Positions 1 through 13,079 of a DNA stretch of 64,000 bases are shown here, in pieces. Both the position numbers and the translations under genes were made by a program. Position 1 is the stretch's first letter. Each line of letters opens with the position of its first letter. The notes beneath the pieces are model-generated. The model made no database searches, was not told the DNA's origin, and saw only the letters and a program-made list of their open reading frames with translations. This DNA is from Octopus vulgaris (lineage: Eukaryota), in NCBI GenBank assembly GCA_951406725.2, contig OX597824.1, forward strand, positions 28,086,001 to 28,150,000. Direction: 5' to 3'.

Positions 1-252
1 GAACGTAAGGGCAGACGAAATACCTATTTCTTTACTACCCACAAGGGTCTAAACACAGAGAGGACAAGGACAGACAAAGGGATTAAGTCGATTACATCGA
101 CCCCAGTGCATAACTGGTACTTAATTTATCGACCCCGAAAGGATGAAAGGCAAAGTTGACCTCGGCTGAATTTGAACTCAGAACGTAACGGCAGACGAAA
201 TATGGCTACGCATTTCGCCCGGCATGCTAACGTTTCTGCCAGCTCGCCGCCT
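1..252 (-). mobile_element. tRNA-derived SINE family A (tail A1), with a partial second copy running off the window start
   Basis: Reverse complement of the family-A sequence (ggcggcgagctggcagaaacgttagc...gagttcaaattc...gcctttcatcctttcggggtcgataaattaagtaccag...agacccttgtgggtagtaaagaaatag). Matches the copies at 714, 34416 and 54322. Confidence 0.85.
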
Positions 253-713
253 GTATGGGCAAGTATTTCCTAATATAGCCGCAAGGCGAACAAAGTCTTA
301 TGAGTGGACTTGGTAGGTGGAACCTGGAAAGAAACACTGGTAATCCAGCATGCTCGCAACACTCGAGCTGAAAGTAGTGAAATAAAAATAGAAATAGGAT
401 ACTTTGTTATAGACAGAATAGTTCAAATCCGGATCTGGCCTTGAATTTCACCAACCAGTGTTAGATTTCGAAATGTATTCAATGTTTATCGTTATCATTT
501 ACTTGGATAAATAATTGTATTGCGGCTATGCTGGAGATCACCTTGAAGGGTTCTGTCGAAAAAATCGACCCCGGTACGGAATTTTAATTTTGGTACCTAC
601 TTGCTTGAACTACTTTGACTAACTGCTAAGTTACAGTGCAGTAATCGAACCAATATCAGTTGTCAAGTTATGCACGCGCGCGCACATGCTCACACATGAG
701 TACGCGCATGAGT

Positions 714-940
714 ATGGCGAGCTGGCTGAAACGTTAGCGCGCCGGGCAAAATGCTTAGTGGTATTTCGTCTGCCGTTACGTTGTGAGTTCAAATTCCGCC
801 GAGGTCGACTTTGCCTTTCATCCTTTCGGGGTCGATAAATTAAGTACCAGTTACGCACCGGGGTCGATGTAATCGACTTAATACCTATGTCTGTCCTTGT
901 TTGTCCCCTCTATGTTTAGCCCCTTGTGGGTAATAAAAAA
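714..940 (+). mobile_element. SINE family A (tail A1)
   Basis: Pol III A/B-box-like head (tggctgaaacgttagc; gagttcaaattc), the conserved core gcctttcatcctttcggggtcgataaattaagtaccag, and a tail ending in an A-rich/TA run. Confidence 0.85.
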
Positions 941-1052
941 ATATATATATATCTATAACTGTCAGTATATATCTCTATCTATATATCTATATATCTCTGT
1001 CTCCCACCCTCTCTCTCTCTCTTTGCACGTATATATATATATATATATATAT

Positions 1053-1095
<43 letters not shown>

Positions 1096-1199
1096 TAGGT
1101 GTGGTGTGAAATTAAGGTATTTCCAGGGAAGCACTCGACTCGAATACTGGGCTATCAACAATGTCTGGTTCCCGGCCAAAATCTAACTTTCACGACGAT

Positions 1200-1675
1200 T
1201 ATACTGTAACCTGGGTTTGGCGAAGAGAAAATAATTCAAGGGAAAGAAGAAGACGAAGCGAATTCTTTAACACATCTTTAATTATTATAAGTTACAATTG
1301 TTTCAGTACTATCTTCTTTTGCAACGCCAGTTTACGCAAAAATCTAAATGAAAATTCACGTAATGTTTCCGCATTGAGACAGGCACTTCGTCAGATTTGC
1401 ATCAAAGTGTGTTCTCGCACTGTGCATTCTTCAGGAGAGGAGGAAGTGTATTACAAATCCAACAGCTGTTTCTGGGTGCTCGACTGTCCATAATAATGTT
1501 TGTAGATGGATTCCTTCATAGGATAAAATGAGCCTCTGTCTTCAGGGATGTTGAAATATATCTCTTTCTTGAAGACGGAGGCGCGCTTCATCCCATAATG
1601 GAATCAATTGACAAACAATATTATGGACCGCCGAACCCCATAAACAGCTGTTGGTCTATAGTACTTTTCCGCCAT
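1200..1675 (-). mobile_element. Old PLE-terminal-repeat-like relic with tandem degenerate hammerheads and an inverted duplication
   Basis: 1440-1549 is a diverged inverted copy of 1567-1672. Several CUGANGA...GAAAC-like motifs lie on the minus strand. Confidence 0.55.
1457..1549 (-). ncRNA. Type I hammerhead ribozyme motif (stem II partly degenerate)
   Basis: Minus strand: AUCC-CUGAAGA-cagagGCUC...GAGCaccca-GAAAC-AGCU-GUU-GGAU. Stem I is AUCC/GGAU, stem III is the palindrome ACAGCUGU, and the cleavage triplet is GUU. Confidence 0.55.
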
Positions 1676-2029
1676 ATCATTTCTAATTTGTATAAGCTGG
1701 AGCTTTTTCTATGGATACAAATATAGATATTTTCTATTTCATGTATTTAATACACTTGATCTGTCTAATTCGCTTATCTCTAAATTTGCCTATCTATATA
1801 TTTATATAAATTCTCATCCAAGATGTAGGCGTGTATAAAAGTCTCAATGTGGCAACCGTAATAATTGCAGAGCATTTGGGGCTAGAAAAAATGGTAGCCT
1901 TGCAGACTAACGAATTAATGGAATTTATCTACCAGTACATTGTTCAGTACGCACTCATTCTCACTGTTTGAAATTAATGCGCATGTATATATATATATAT
2001 ATATAGGTAGATAGGTAGGTAGGTAGATA

Positions 2030-2335
2030 GAGGCGTGATTATATGGTAACAAGTTTGCTTCCCAGACATTTGGTTCCAGTTTCATTGGCAACTTGTCCAA
2101 GTGCCTTCTCCTATAGCCTTCTATGTGTTTTTGTCTTTGGGCCTGTGTGTGTAGGTCATTACCGCTTGACAACAATTCTTGTTGTGTTTACAATCCCGGT
2201 TAGCAAGCGGTTCGGCAAAAGCGACCGATAGAGTAAGTACCAGGCTTGAGTAATAAGTCCTGGGTTCGATTGGAGAACAATCAAAGCGGTACCCCAGAAT
2301 GGCCGCAGACAAGTAACTGAAACAAATACAAAAAT
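2030..2335 (+). mobile_element. SINE family B, diverged
   Basis: Head ggcgtgattatatggtaacaagtttgcttccc, core agcggttcggcaaaagcgaccgatag, tail gcggtaccccagaatggccgcagacaagtaactgaaac. Confidence 0.7.
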
Positions 2336-2702
2336 AAATTGAATCATGTGTTTGAGAAACAAATTTCTTACCATATAACCACACCTGTAAAGTTAATAAG
2401 AGAAAAGGATTATTCAAATCTAAAGCCGGATTGAAACATATGTAGGATTCTTTTTTTTTTTTCTTGGTTATTTCTTTTGTTGATCCGGTTCCTTTAAATC
2501 CTGAATCTTATATGAATTACTTTTTCATTGTAATACAAATAGATTTAACCAAGTATCCACTATATTTTGACAGATAACTCTGTATTTTGTCGTGAATATG
2601 ACAATGAAAGTTGTGACACTAGGTAAGATATCGAGTAAATAAATGTATCTATTCCAATAACGTCACAGATCAGATAATGGTTGCTCAGTGGAATATATAT
2701 AT

Positions 2703-2915
2703 ATTTGTTTCAAGATTTGGTACAAGGCCAACAGTTTCGGGAGCGGGTTGAGTCGATTATATTACCAACAATATTCGACTGGTTCCTATTTTATCGACCC
2801 CGAAAGAAAGAAAAGCAAAATCAACCTTGGCGGAATCTGAACTCAAAACGTAATAATGGCCGAAATACAGTTAAGCATTTCGGGCGGAATGGTAACGATT
2901 CTGCCAGCTCAGTGC
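2703..2915 (-). mobile_element. SINE family A (tail A2), diverged
   Basis: Reverse complement of the family-A core with the alternative tail ...ggccttgtaccaaatcttgaaac. Confidence 0.7.
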
Positions 2916-3085
2916 CCTATTGCGGAATGTGAATATTGTCATGTATTACAGCTCTTATAATATAATATATACATGTTTGCCTGTGTCTGTGTGTTCTTGT
3001 GTATGTATTATTAGTATATATACATGTGTGTACATACATGCATGCGTATGTATGTGTCTGTATACTCATACGTATTTGCATGTAG

Positions 3086-3116
<31 letters not shown>

Positions 3117-3126
<10 letters not shown>

Positions 3127-3314
3127 TATAGAAGGAGCTTCTACAGGACTAGTACTGTTTCATTCAAGAGAAATCTTCAGGAAGCTTCCTGAAGATTTCT
3201 CTTGAATGAAACAGTACTAGTCCTGTAGAAGCTCCTTCTATATAATAAATTAATTTTACTCTGCTATGTATTGAGTACCTTACTTACTGTGGTTAACCCC
3301 GAATCAACCCGGGA

Positions 3315-3320
<6 letters not shown>
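3117..3320 (+). mobile_element. PLE terminal module (HHR family H1) with inverted 5' duplication, inserted in (TA)n
   Basis: Perfect palindrome at ~3117-3252 centred on AAGCTT (3182-3187). The right arm continues to ...aacccgggaactaca(TA)n. The same sequence occurs at 36022-36159 and 48983-49199. Confidence 0.8.
3183..3233 (+). ncRNA. Minimal type I hammerhead ribozyme (mirror copy on minus strand 3136-3186)
   Basis: AGCUUC-CUGAAGA-uUUCucuuGAAu-GAAACAG-uacuaguc-CUGUA-GAAGCU. Stem I is 6 bp, the core is complete, stem III is ACAG/CUGU with palindromic ACUAGU in the loop, and the triplet is GUA. Confidence 0.75.
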
Positions 3321-3380
<60 letters not shown>

Positions 3381-3384
3381 GCAT

Positions 3385-3439
<55 letters not shown>

Positions 3440-5295
3440 ATGTATCTACGTATGTATATATGTGTGTGTGCGAGTGTGTATGTATGCATGCGTGTATATA
3501 TGTATATTTATGAAACTGTCCTTGTGAATATCTATGTGATTTTTGTCAGGGAAATTGTGTGTGTCGGTGTATGAAATATGAATATGTATGTATGCGTATG
3601 AATATGTGTGTGTGTATTTGTGTGAGCAGATATATATGTATATGGCAGTTGCTACAGTCGTCCGTTGGGGATTCGTTTACATCTAGTGATGAAGATTACC
3701 TCATCACTGATGAGGCAACGCTTTCTAGTAATGTGAAATAAATGATGTGCAGTCGCTTAATCCAAGCTAGCATGGAGAGCTTACGGACATAGCATTGCAC
3801 TCACGAATGTATATCCGTACACATTCACAGAAATATGCAAAACATAGGAAACGCACGTACAGATAACCCACATAGATTTTCGAAGCAAGCACATACACGC
3901 GCTCACTGGCATATACACGTACGTCATCCCTAATTGCAACACCAACAACGATCCCCCTCGCCATTTCATGAATGCTATTTTCGTTTATCTTTCGAAGTAT
4001 TTCTCTTAATCACATCCTAAAATTCCGGTTATGACATATAAAAAAACATCGATAACCAAGTAATATAATGACTTTGTGTGTCCCTCATATATATGCATTT
4101 TCCGTGGTATGTCATCTGAGGTTTCCAATACCGTCACATGACACGGAATTCTCTGTGTTTTTTTCCCCTTTTCTTGATATGATATCAGTATTTACATGAT
4201 ATCACTCTCCATCCGACTCTTTCTTCGCTCTTCGTGTTAGAAACTATTCCATGAATGGTTTGGCACAATACCCTCTAATAAAATATTTACAGTTTTTTAG
4301 CCTCTTTGGTTTTCTGTCTTCGACTTGCAAGATTCTTGACTCGTGTGTTGAAACACAATTTGATGAAATAAGATGTAATATTGTGCCAATAATTAACACA
4401 CACTGATTCTATTTCGCTTCTGTATTATTCATTAGTTAATTAACTATTTGATCAACGAATTAATCGACCTTTTGTATAATCGTTACTTCAATTCACAAAT
4501 CAGTTAGATTCGTCAAAGTTCTTTCATCGACACACGTGACGCCCGCAATGACAAACCTTCTATATCCCATGCTTGCTTCGGATTTCTGAGCTTGTCTTTA
4601 TTCTAAACCCCACAATCTTTTCCCCAGCACTTGATCACTCTCGGTATTTTATTTATTGTTACTACTATGATGGTGTGTTTTACCACTTTCTCGACAATGG
4701 TTCTGCACACCATGAAACTAAACATACTTCACGTTTTATAGGTGCATGTATTAATAGATGCATGCATAAATGCATATGTGTGTGTGTACATACTCGCAGG
4801 TGTGTGTATGTGTGTTTGTGCGTGTGTTTGTATATATGTGCCTTTATATGCATGTTTCATATAAATGCACTAAGATTAGTATAATTTTTTCAATGTACAA
4901 CTGATATGCATTTTGGTTATTTATTTTCGTAACTTGTATGCACTGCTTTACGTGGAGAGCTGGTCAAAATATGAGCATGTCAGAAATCCTATTTTGGTAA
5001 AATATAGCAGAACAGACTCCATGTAATCGCGGCTATAATTTGACGTTACATCAGCAATATTTAATTTCCTGCCTAAATTAATTTGAAAGGATCAGCTTTT
5101 TATCATAAACCGACTCAGCTGTTGGTTAGTGTGAAATTCTTCGGAGACTGTTACATTGCAAAACAGGAATAGAGAGCAAAATGGTGAAAGTAGAAGAGAG
5201 AGAGGTAGAGAGGGGGAGAGATAGAACGGGAGAGAAAGAGAAAGAGAGAGAGAGAGAAAAAAACAGGACAAAAAAGAAGAGGATTGCATATATAG

Positions 5296-5358
<63 letters not shown>

Positions 5359-5433
5359 CATACATATATATACGTACATACATACATATATATCTATATA
5401 TATAAATATATGGTACTGTATTGTTGTGGTCTA

Positions 5434-5637
5434 TTTTACTTGTTTCAGTCAAATGACTGCGTCCATGATGGAGCACCACCTTTAGTCGAGCAAATCGACC
5501 CGACGACTTATTCTTTGTCAGCCTAGTACTTATTCTATCTGTTACTTTTACCGAACCGCTAAGTTACGGGGACGTAAACACATCCGCATCAGTTGTCAAA
5601 CGATTTTTAATGGGGGGGCAGCCACACATATATATAC

Positions 5638-5672
<35 letters not shown>

Positions 5673-5836
5673 CATATACGACGGGCTTCTTTCAGTTTCC
5701 GTTTACCAAATCTACTCACAAGGCTTTGGTCGGCCCGAGGCTATAGAAGACACTTGCCCAAAGTGCCACGCAGTGGGACTGAACCCGGGACCATGTGGTT
5801 GGTAAGTAAGCTACTAACTACACAGCCACTCCTGCG

Positions 5837-5838
<2 letters not shown>
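5434..5838 (-). mobile_element. SINE family B, full length
   Basis: Reverse complement of ggcgcaggagtggctgtgtagttagtagcttacttaccaaccacatggtcccgggttcagtcccactgcgtggc..., then an internal microsatellite, then the tail ggtggtgctccatcatggacgcagtcatttgactgaaac. Confidence 0.85.
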
Positions 5839-5882
<44 letters not shown>

Positions 5883-6131
5883 TATATACGTATATTGTAG
5901 CCACAACAATACACCACCTCCCGAAATACCAAACGAAACACGAAACTAAATTCTCCATTTTATATTTATTCGAGCCAAAGATGGAGACGCTCCACAGTCA
6001 TCCTACATGCTAGAAATAGCAGCCATATTTTCTGCATATCACAATATATTCACACAACCATCATGAGCGCGCATGGTGTACGCACACACAGACGCACAGA
6101 CACAGAGACACTCAGACACACACACACTCAG

Positions 6132-6169
<38 letters not shown>

Positions 6170-6485
6170 CTGTATGTATATAAATCTAATCATATTTAAG
6201 GTGTCTTGAGAGAATTGACTCTCCCTATTTTTAATATTTGTAATATTCTTTATATCTTCAGGCAAAACCATGCTGAAATGTAGGACAGTCAGGATTGAGA
6301 AACGGAATACAGAAAGGAAAGTTATTTCGCAATCTAATTGTTTAATTTTGGAAGAATGGAATCCTTCCATCTGGCACACACATTCTAGAATTAGTAAAGA
6401 TTTTGTTAATGTTTTATAAGTTTTCACTAATGTGATTCTGAAGAAATTAAACGAAATGATTGCTAGCAGCTGTAGTCGACTTCAC

Positions 6486-6561
<76 letters not shown>

Positions 6562-6601
6562 CAGTGGTAGTGGTAGTTGTAGTGGTAGTAGTAGTAGTAG
6601 C

Positions 6602-6642
<41 letters not shown>

Positions 6643-6647
6643 TTGTT

Positions 6648-6716
<69 letters not shown>
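6486..6716 (+). repeat. (GTA)n trinucleotide microsatellite
   Basis: Direct reading; it produces the poly-V/Y/L pseudo-ORFs. Confidence 0.95.
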
Positions 6717-7074
6717 TGGGGAATTTGTGGTGGTGGTACATGTATCCTTGTTTGTCACATTCAATTATCATTGCTCCAGTATAATAAGATTCAATTGGAT
6801 CTTTACCTTTTGACCGACAGATTAAAAAAATTATAATTTTTTGTAACTAAAACACTTTCAAAATTCGGACTCTGGTAGAATGTGTCATATAAAGCATTTT
6901 TTTACGCTTAGCATTTTTGAGAAAAACTTATATTTACGAATTTATTTTACGTTAAAATTCTCGTGTTTCGGTAATTTCAACCAATCAATGACGTGTATTC
7001 AGTTGAATAAAATTACTGCCGTTGTTTGTCAACGACATCTATCGGCGGTGTATTTTTCGTTTGTCACATGTATA

Positions 7075-7193
<119 letters not shown>

Positions 7194-7524
7194 TTATATA
7201 TATATATATGTGTATGTATAATATATATATATATATTTATGTACATATGTGTGTGTGTGTGTATGATTTATTACATTTATCCTTTCATTACCAACTAATA
7301 CGGACATGTTTCTATCCTTGTAGGCTACATGCGCCCATCTAGAAACCATAGTTCTGACACTATTGCATGAAACATGAATATTCATTATACAAGTGGAATA
7401 AAAATGAATATTGATTAGGATCACCCGCAGTAATTTCTATAAAGAAGAATAGTGATCTGAAAACAGAATAACTAAGACTACACCCACAGTACGGCAATTA
7501 CTGTAACTATAGGAGGATTAATTC

Positions 7525-7849
7525 TGAAGGCACGTGACTTAGTGAAGAGTGTGTTAAATTCCAGATCGTAAGGACGTGAGTTCGATTCACCGCTGCGCAT
7601 TGAGTCCTTGAGCAAGACGCTTTATTCTACGTTGTTTCAATTCACTTAGCTGGGAAAACTGAATGCTATCTGCAATTCAAAGGACTAGCCTTGCGATATT
7701 CTATAGAATACTGAATCTTCCTGAGAACGAAATGAAGGCTACACGTGTTTGCGGAGTGCTCAACCACTTGCACGTTAATTTTACAAGCTGGCTGCTCCGA
7801 TCGCTCAGATTAACAACAACCCTCGTCGTTGTGATCGATGGAGTGGCAG
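7525..7849 (+). mobile_element. tRNA-derived SINE (head D + tail C), diverged
   Basis: Head with gagttcgattc B-box, then ccttgagcaagacgctttatt, then the tail acacgtgtttgcggagtgctcaaccacttgcacgttaatttt...cctcgtcgttgtgatcgatggagtg shared with 12404-12788. Confidence 0.7.
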
Positions 7850-9261
7850 TTTTTTTTCTTAGGAAGATCAATTCCGAGTTAGTAAAATTTGTTTTGGAAA
7901 ATTCATAGATACCTGTCACTATATAAATCTAAGTGTACGTGTGCGTGCCTGTGCCTATGTGTATGTGTGCGTGTATGAATGTATGTATATGTATACATAC
8001 ACACATTCATATACACAAACATAGATGCGTATACAGATACACATTCATGCATGCATTTATACATACATGCAAACTTATATACATACACACGTAGACAGTC
8101 AAACTAAGCAGAGAAAAGAGAATGTGTGTGTGTATCTGTGTTTGAGTGTGTGTGTGAGTGTGTGTGTATGTGTGTGTGTGTGCGCGCGCTACCTTACACG
8201 CCATTTATACCCCACCTTGCTACAGTGAAACGAATGTCGAAAGTGACAGCTTATAGCGTCTGTTCAATGTCATATTCTGTAGACAACTCACCAACCGACG
8301 CCATTACTATCTGAACAGTGAGCAGTCGAAGTAAAAGCAATAAACGCTTAGACGACCGTGTTAGGGGAATTTTGAGTTAGAAATAAATGGAACTCATGTC
8401 TTCTTAATTAATATAAAAGAGAGACATTTATTATTGAAAAGAAAAGCGCAAAAACAACCCCTTTCCAATTTTTTTCTTTGTTTTGTTACTAACCACCTCT
8501 CTCAAGAACACTTTATCTTTATTAAGTACCAGCTCACATTTCTGTTCACTTTCTGGATAGCTGTTTTATCTTGTCTGTTTTTTGTTTCGATCGCTAGGTC
8601 AATAGTGTGGTGCTGCGAAGACTACACTACTTTGGTTTGTTTATGTTTTCTCCTTGTTTTTCTCTTTTTCTTGATTTCTTGTTGGACAAAAACTCCGCCC
8701 CCAAAATGAATAAATATGACTATATTAGTTGACACTAATGATTCCGGTGTTTATATATTTATCGTTGCTGTGTTATTATTGATTTGGAAGTTTATTGTTG
8801 TTACTAGGGTTGTTATCGATGTTATTATTTTGTTTGCTATTGCTTTTTTTATGTTTTGCTAATATAATTTTTTTATTTTGTATGAAGTAAAACACAAGGT
8901 CGAATTATCATACTATTCACGTTAGGCTGAGTAGTTGACCCTGTTCACATATTAGGAGGTATCTGTATTAATACTTATTGAGTCGTTTCGCTTTAATGAC
9001 ACCGTTACGAACGCTATTTTGAGAACGACGAAGGGGCAACAGAAAATGCCGTCTACACTTCAAGGACGCCAGGAACATCAGTGCCTATTACAAAATTTTA
9101 GGGACTGGTGCGAGAATTTAATGAGGTTTTACGCAGAAAACAAAACTGTTCCGAATGTTAGACAGCTTGGTAACCATTAAATGCAGTTGGTGATCAAATT
9201 GAAATTTCAGACTTTTCAAACATGCGTTTATTGTGACTAGTATAACATTCTACGTGAATAC

Positions 9262-9428
9262 TGCTTTCATATTTTGGCACAAGGCCAGTAATTTTGGGGT
9301 GTGAAACGTTAAGTCGATTACATCGACCTCAGGTCTCCGCTGGTCCTTATTGAATCGACCCCAGAAGAATGAAGGGGAAATTTGACCTCGGGGAAGTTTC
9401 AACTCAGAAAGTAAAGACGGACGATTCT
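9262..9428 (-). mobile_element. SINE family A (tail A2) fragment
   Basis: Inverted relative to the adjacent 9452-9671 copy. Confidence 0.65.
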
Positions 9429-9451
9429 GTTTTAATATTAATTGCTGGCAA

Positions 9452-9671
9452 AGGCGGCGTGCTGGCAGAATCGTTACCCTGCCTGGAAAAATGCTTAACA
9501 GCATTCCGTCCGTGTTTACGTTCTGGATTCAAATTCCGCCGAGGACGACTTTGCCTTTCATCCTTTCGGGGGCCATAAAATAAGTACCAATTGAATCTTG
9601 GGAGACGATGAAATCGATTTACTGCCTCCCTCAAAATTGCTGGACTTGTGCCAAAACTTGAAACCAATCTC
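9452..9671 (+). mobile_element. SINE family A (tail A2) with 12-bp target-site duplication
   Basis: Flanked by aattgctggcaa at 9440-9451 and 9672-9683. Confidence 0.85.
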
Positions 9672-10474
9672 AATTGCTGGCAAGGATGTAGAATTTAGCC
9701 TTGCAACCATACTATACTACGAAGTAGGTTATAAGTTTAGAAGCCAATATTGTGGCTTGCTGTGTGTTAGCAGTGCGATATTTTCACTTTCAATTTTATC
9801 TCTATAGATTTTCTAATGAATCCCGAGTCAGCACAGGAGGTTACATTTCGTAAACAAATACGTCTATGTAAATAATGGTAGTATATTACGAAATATTGTG
9901 TTCTTACCAACAATTACCAACAAGTTACTGCAACGTACTAGTTGCAGTAAATTTGTTTAATCTGTAAATTTGTCTATTTAATTGTGTAACAACGCAAAAC
10001 CTAGCTGTAATCAAGCAATCTGTACGTGATAAGGTAATGTGTTGGATGAGGTACTGATGAAAGTGCAATAACTCTTGAAAAATGCATCTACGCCCATTTT
10101 ACTATCTTATAATGGCCAATACTGACTATGAATTCCAAACAACATCTATATAGATAAGCAAAAAATATTATGCGTTGAGTTTTTAACATTGTGCTTTATC
10201 ATGAGTATTTGTTTCATTAATTTTTGTCTTGCTTTGGGAGAAATTTTGTAGATTTTATATGTCTGTCTTTGCTTTGAATTGTTGTAATGCCAGACATCTG
10301 ATCCTTGGAAGTGTAAAGAACGTAGATATAAAGATGTCGTATGCGAGTGGCCAGTATAATATTTAAAATACTAAATTTTAAGCCATTTACCTTTGCAATC
10401 AAGTATCTATGTTGCTTTATACATTAGTATCGTGCTTGCTGATTCACAGGCTTGTAAATATTAAGTGTGTTTTA

Positions 10475-10920
10475 TCTATTACATAAAATCCGTTCTGTCT
10501 GAGTGTGTGTGTTTGTCTTCTAGGATCTCGTGCATCCTCCATCAGATTGCTCTCAAATTTGATATGTATATATCGATGGTATCAGGGCGTGTATAAGTCA
10601 TGAAAAAATTACAAAAATCAATTCCAGGTAAGAATGCGATCTATAAAGCCGTGGGAACGTGCATTTGTACGCACAAGTGCATCAGCTGTTGCGATCGATG
10701 CTACGCGTACGAGAGAATAATGCACGCGCAGTTTGCGCAAGAAAAGTCGGCTTGTTTGGTGTCTCCAATTTAGGTTAAATCAGTGTTTCTCAAAGGGAAG
10801 GCCTATGGGGTGGTCGGAGAAGTTGCTTTGAGAAAATTTGGTTTAAATGTTTGACAACTCAGCAAAATTTGGTTTAAATGTTTGGCAACCCCGTCCATTG
10901 GACGGGGGGCGTTTTACTCG
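10475..10920 (+). mobile_element. Non-autonomous Helitron-like element
   Basis: Starts A^TCTATTACATAAAA. Has a 3' GC-rich hairpin ccccgtcca-t-tggacgggg (10889-10907) ~10 nt before CTCG^T (a CTRR variant). Inserted at an AT site with no TSD. Confidence 0.7.
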
Positions 10921-11851
10921 TACTATATAATTAACGTTAATTTATCATTCGACCTAAAACATTTCTGGAGCGTATTGAAGGTCTGGGTGGGAATGCTGTA
11001 TTCATCACTTTTAGAGAATATGCATTTATGCAAAAAGGTAACAGATTCAAGAAACATTGTGAGGTCACTTGGAATAAATTACTCAAAGCAAGAAATGTGA
11101 GATACAAAGTATTTAATCAAAAACTGTGTGTTCGATAAAAGAATAATATGTTTCGTCCAACGGTTTCGTTGGGAACGACATGTATCTTTTTGTATATAAA
11201 AGACATTATGTGAAATGTTTATTTCGGTAAGTGTAGTATAGGGTGTTAATATTGCGGTGCATTTGTTTTGAGTTTTTTTTCCTATTATGCAATCAATTAG
11301 TCTGTCAGAATAGACTTTTTGACTGTAGTTTGTTTCCCCTATAGACTTCTTTATCTTCCACTTCGTCTATGGAACTAAAATAAAAATACTATTCTCATTA
11401 AGGATTTTACACGTCTCTACTCTAGAGAATCCTTTGCAAATGTAGACAGTTAGTGTGCCAACGAATGTACTAAAATATATGTAAAAAGAAAATAATGACA
11501 TCAGTGCCGGCTACGGACACCATTTACGTTATGAGTAGGTTTGAGACGTTTCATCTCTGACGAGGAAGAACAGAAGTTAACTCCCTTGATTCGTCTGTAA
11601 TAGCAATTAAAAAGTGATCCAGCTGAGAGAACCGCGTCGTTTTTATCACGAGACAATTTATAGCATCAAAGAACGATGATACGAGTAATTATATACTCTT
11701 GATGCACACACATAAACGGGTGCTATTTCGGTAGCTTAGCATGTATAACATTAGGAGCGCACTCTGAAACCTGCAAGTGTCTGATTGGTCATTTCAAAAT
11801 AAACCGGACTTCTTAACAATACGGAATATTTCGTTGAATCACAAATTATCT

Positions 11852-12095
11852 CCTTTACTTGTTTCAGTCATTTGACTGTGGCCATGCTGGAGCACCACCT
11901 TTAGTCGAGCAAATCGACCCCAGCATTGATTTTTTGTAAGCCTAGTACTTATTCTATCGGTTTCATTTGCCGAACCACTAAGTTACGGTGACGCAAACAC
12001 ATCAGCATCGGTTGTCAAGCGATATTGAGGGGACAAACACAAACGCACAAACACATACATACATACATACATACATACATACATACATACATACA

Positions 12096-12128
<33 letters not shown>

Positions 12129-12163
12129 GCATACTTTATTTAAAAGCAGCAGATATTCAACAA

Positions 12164-12200
<37 letters not shown>

Positions 12201-12338
12201 CGGGTTTCTTTCAGTTTCTGTCAACCAAATCCACTCACAAGGCTTTGTTCGGCCCGTGGCTATAGTAGAAGACACTTACTCAAGGTGCCACGCAGTGGGA
12301 CTGAACACGGAACCATGTGGTTGGTAAGCAAGCTACTT
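11852..12338 (-). mobile_element. SINE family B (extreme 5' end missing)
   Basis: Same sequence as 5434-5838, with an expanded internal (CATA)n/(TA)n. Confidence 0.85.
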
Positions 12339-12403
12339 TATTTCAAAAAGTTTGCCATAAAGGCATGATACAGAGTAGCTTGCGGTCTGGACAAATATGA
12401 ATG

Positions 12404-12788
12404 GGGAAGCACTCCGTCGGTTACGACGATGAGGGTTCCGGTTGATCCGAATCAACGGAACAGCCTGCTCGTGAAATCAACGTGTAAGTGGCTGAGCACT
12501 CCACAGACACGTGCACCCTTAACGTAGTTCTCAGGGATATTCAGCGTGACACAGAGAGTGACAAGGCCGGCCCCTTGAAATACAGGTACAACAGAAACAG
12601 GAAGTAAGAGTGAGAGAAAGTTGTGGTGAAAGAGTACAGCAGGGATCACCACCATCCCTGCCGGAGCTTCGTGGAGTTTTTAGGTGTTTTCGCTCAATAA
12701 ACACTCACAACGCCCGGTCTGGGAATCGAAACCACGATCCTATGACCGCGAGTCCGCTGCCCTTACCACTGGGCCATTGCGCTTCCTC
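12404..12788 (-). mobile_element. tRNA-derived SINE family C, full length
   Basis: Head (RC) gcgcaatggcccagtggtaagggcagcggactcgcggtcataggatcgtggtttcgattcccagacc with A/B boxes. The same head occurs at 22742-23038 and 63968. Confidence 0.85.
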
Positions 12789-13079
12789 CTGGACAAATAT
12801 ATTGATGAGGTGAATGATGATAAGGATGATATTAATGGGAGAAGACTAAAAAGGCCCGCCGATTTTCTGCTTCTTTAAAATATTATTCTCTTCTTTCCAC
12901 TGAAAGACAAAACGATGTAATGAACCTCTAACTTCAGTTTTACAATCTTTGGACTAATAGTCCATTTAACAATTGGGGCGTTAAGCCTCTTAAACACAAT
13001 AACACGCAATAAACATTAAACACTATAAAACTGAGGCTTTTCAAACATCTTGTCATTATTCCTCCCCAACATCGCTTGT

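Noticed and set aside
11556-11600. ctgacga followed by gg...cc
   Set aside because: There is no GAAA or stem III downstream, so it is not a hammerhead.
12700-12788. tRNA-like sequences (also ~22960-23038, 48057-48128, 48700-48768)
   Set aside because: They are SINE heads that continue into or match SINE bodies; no complete cloverleaf was established.
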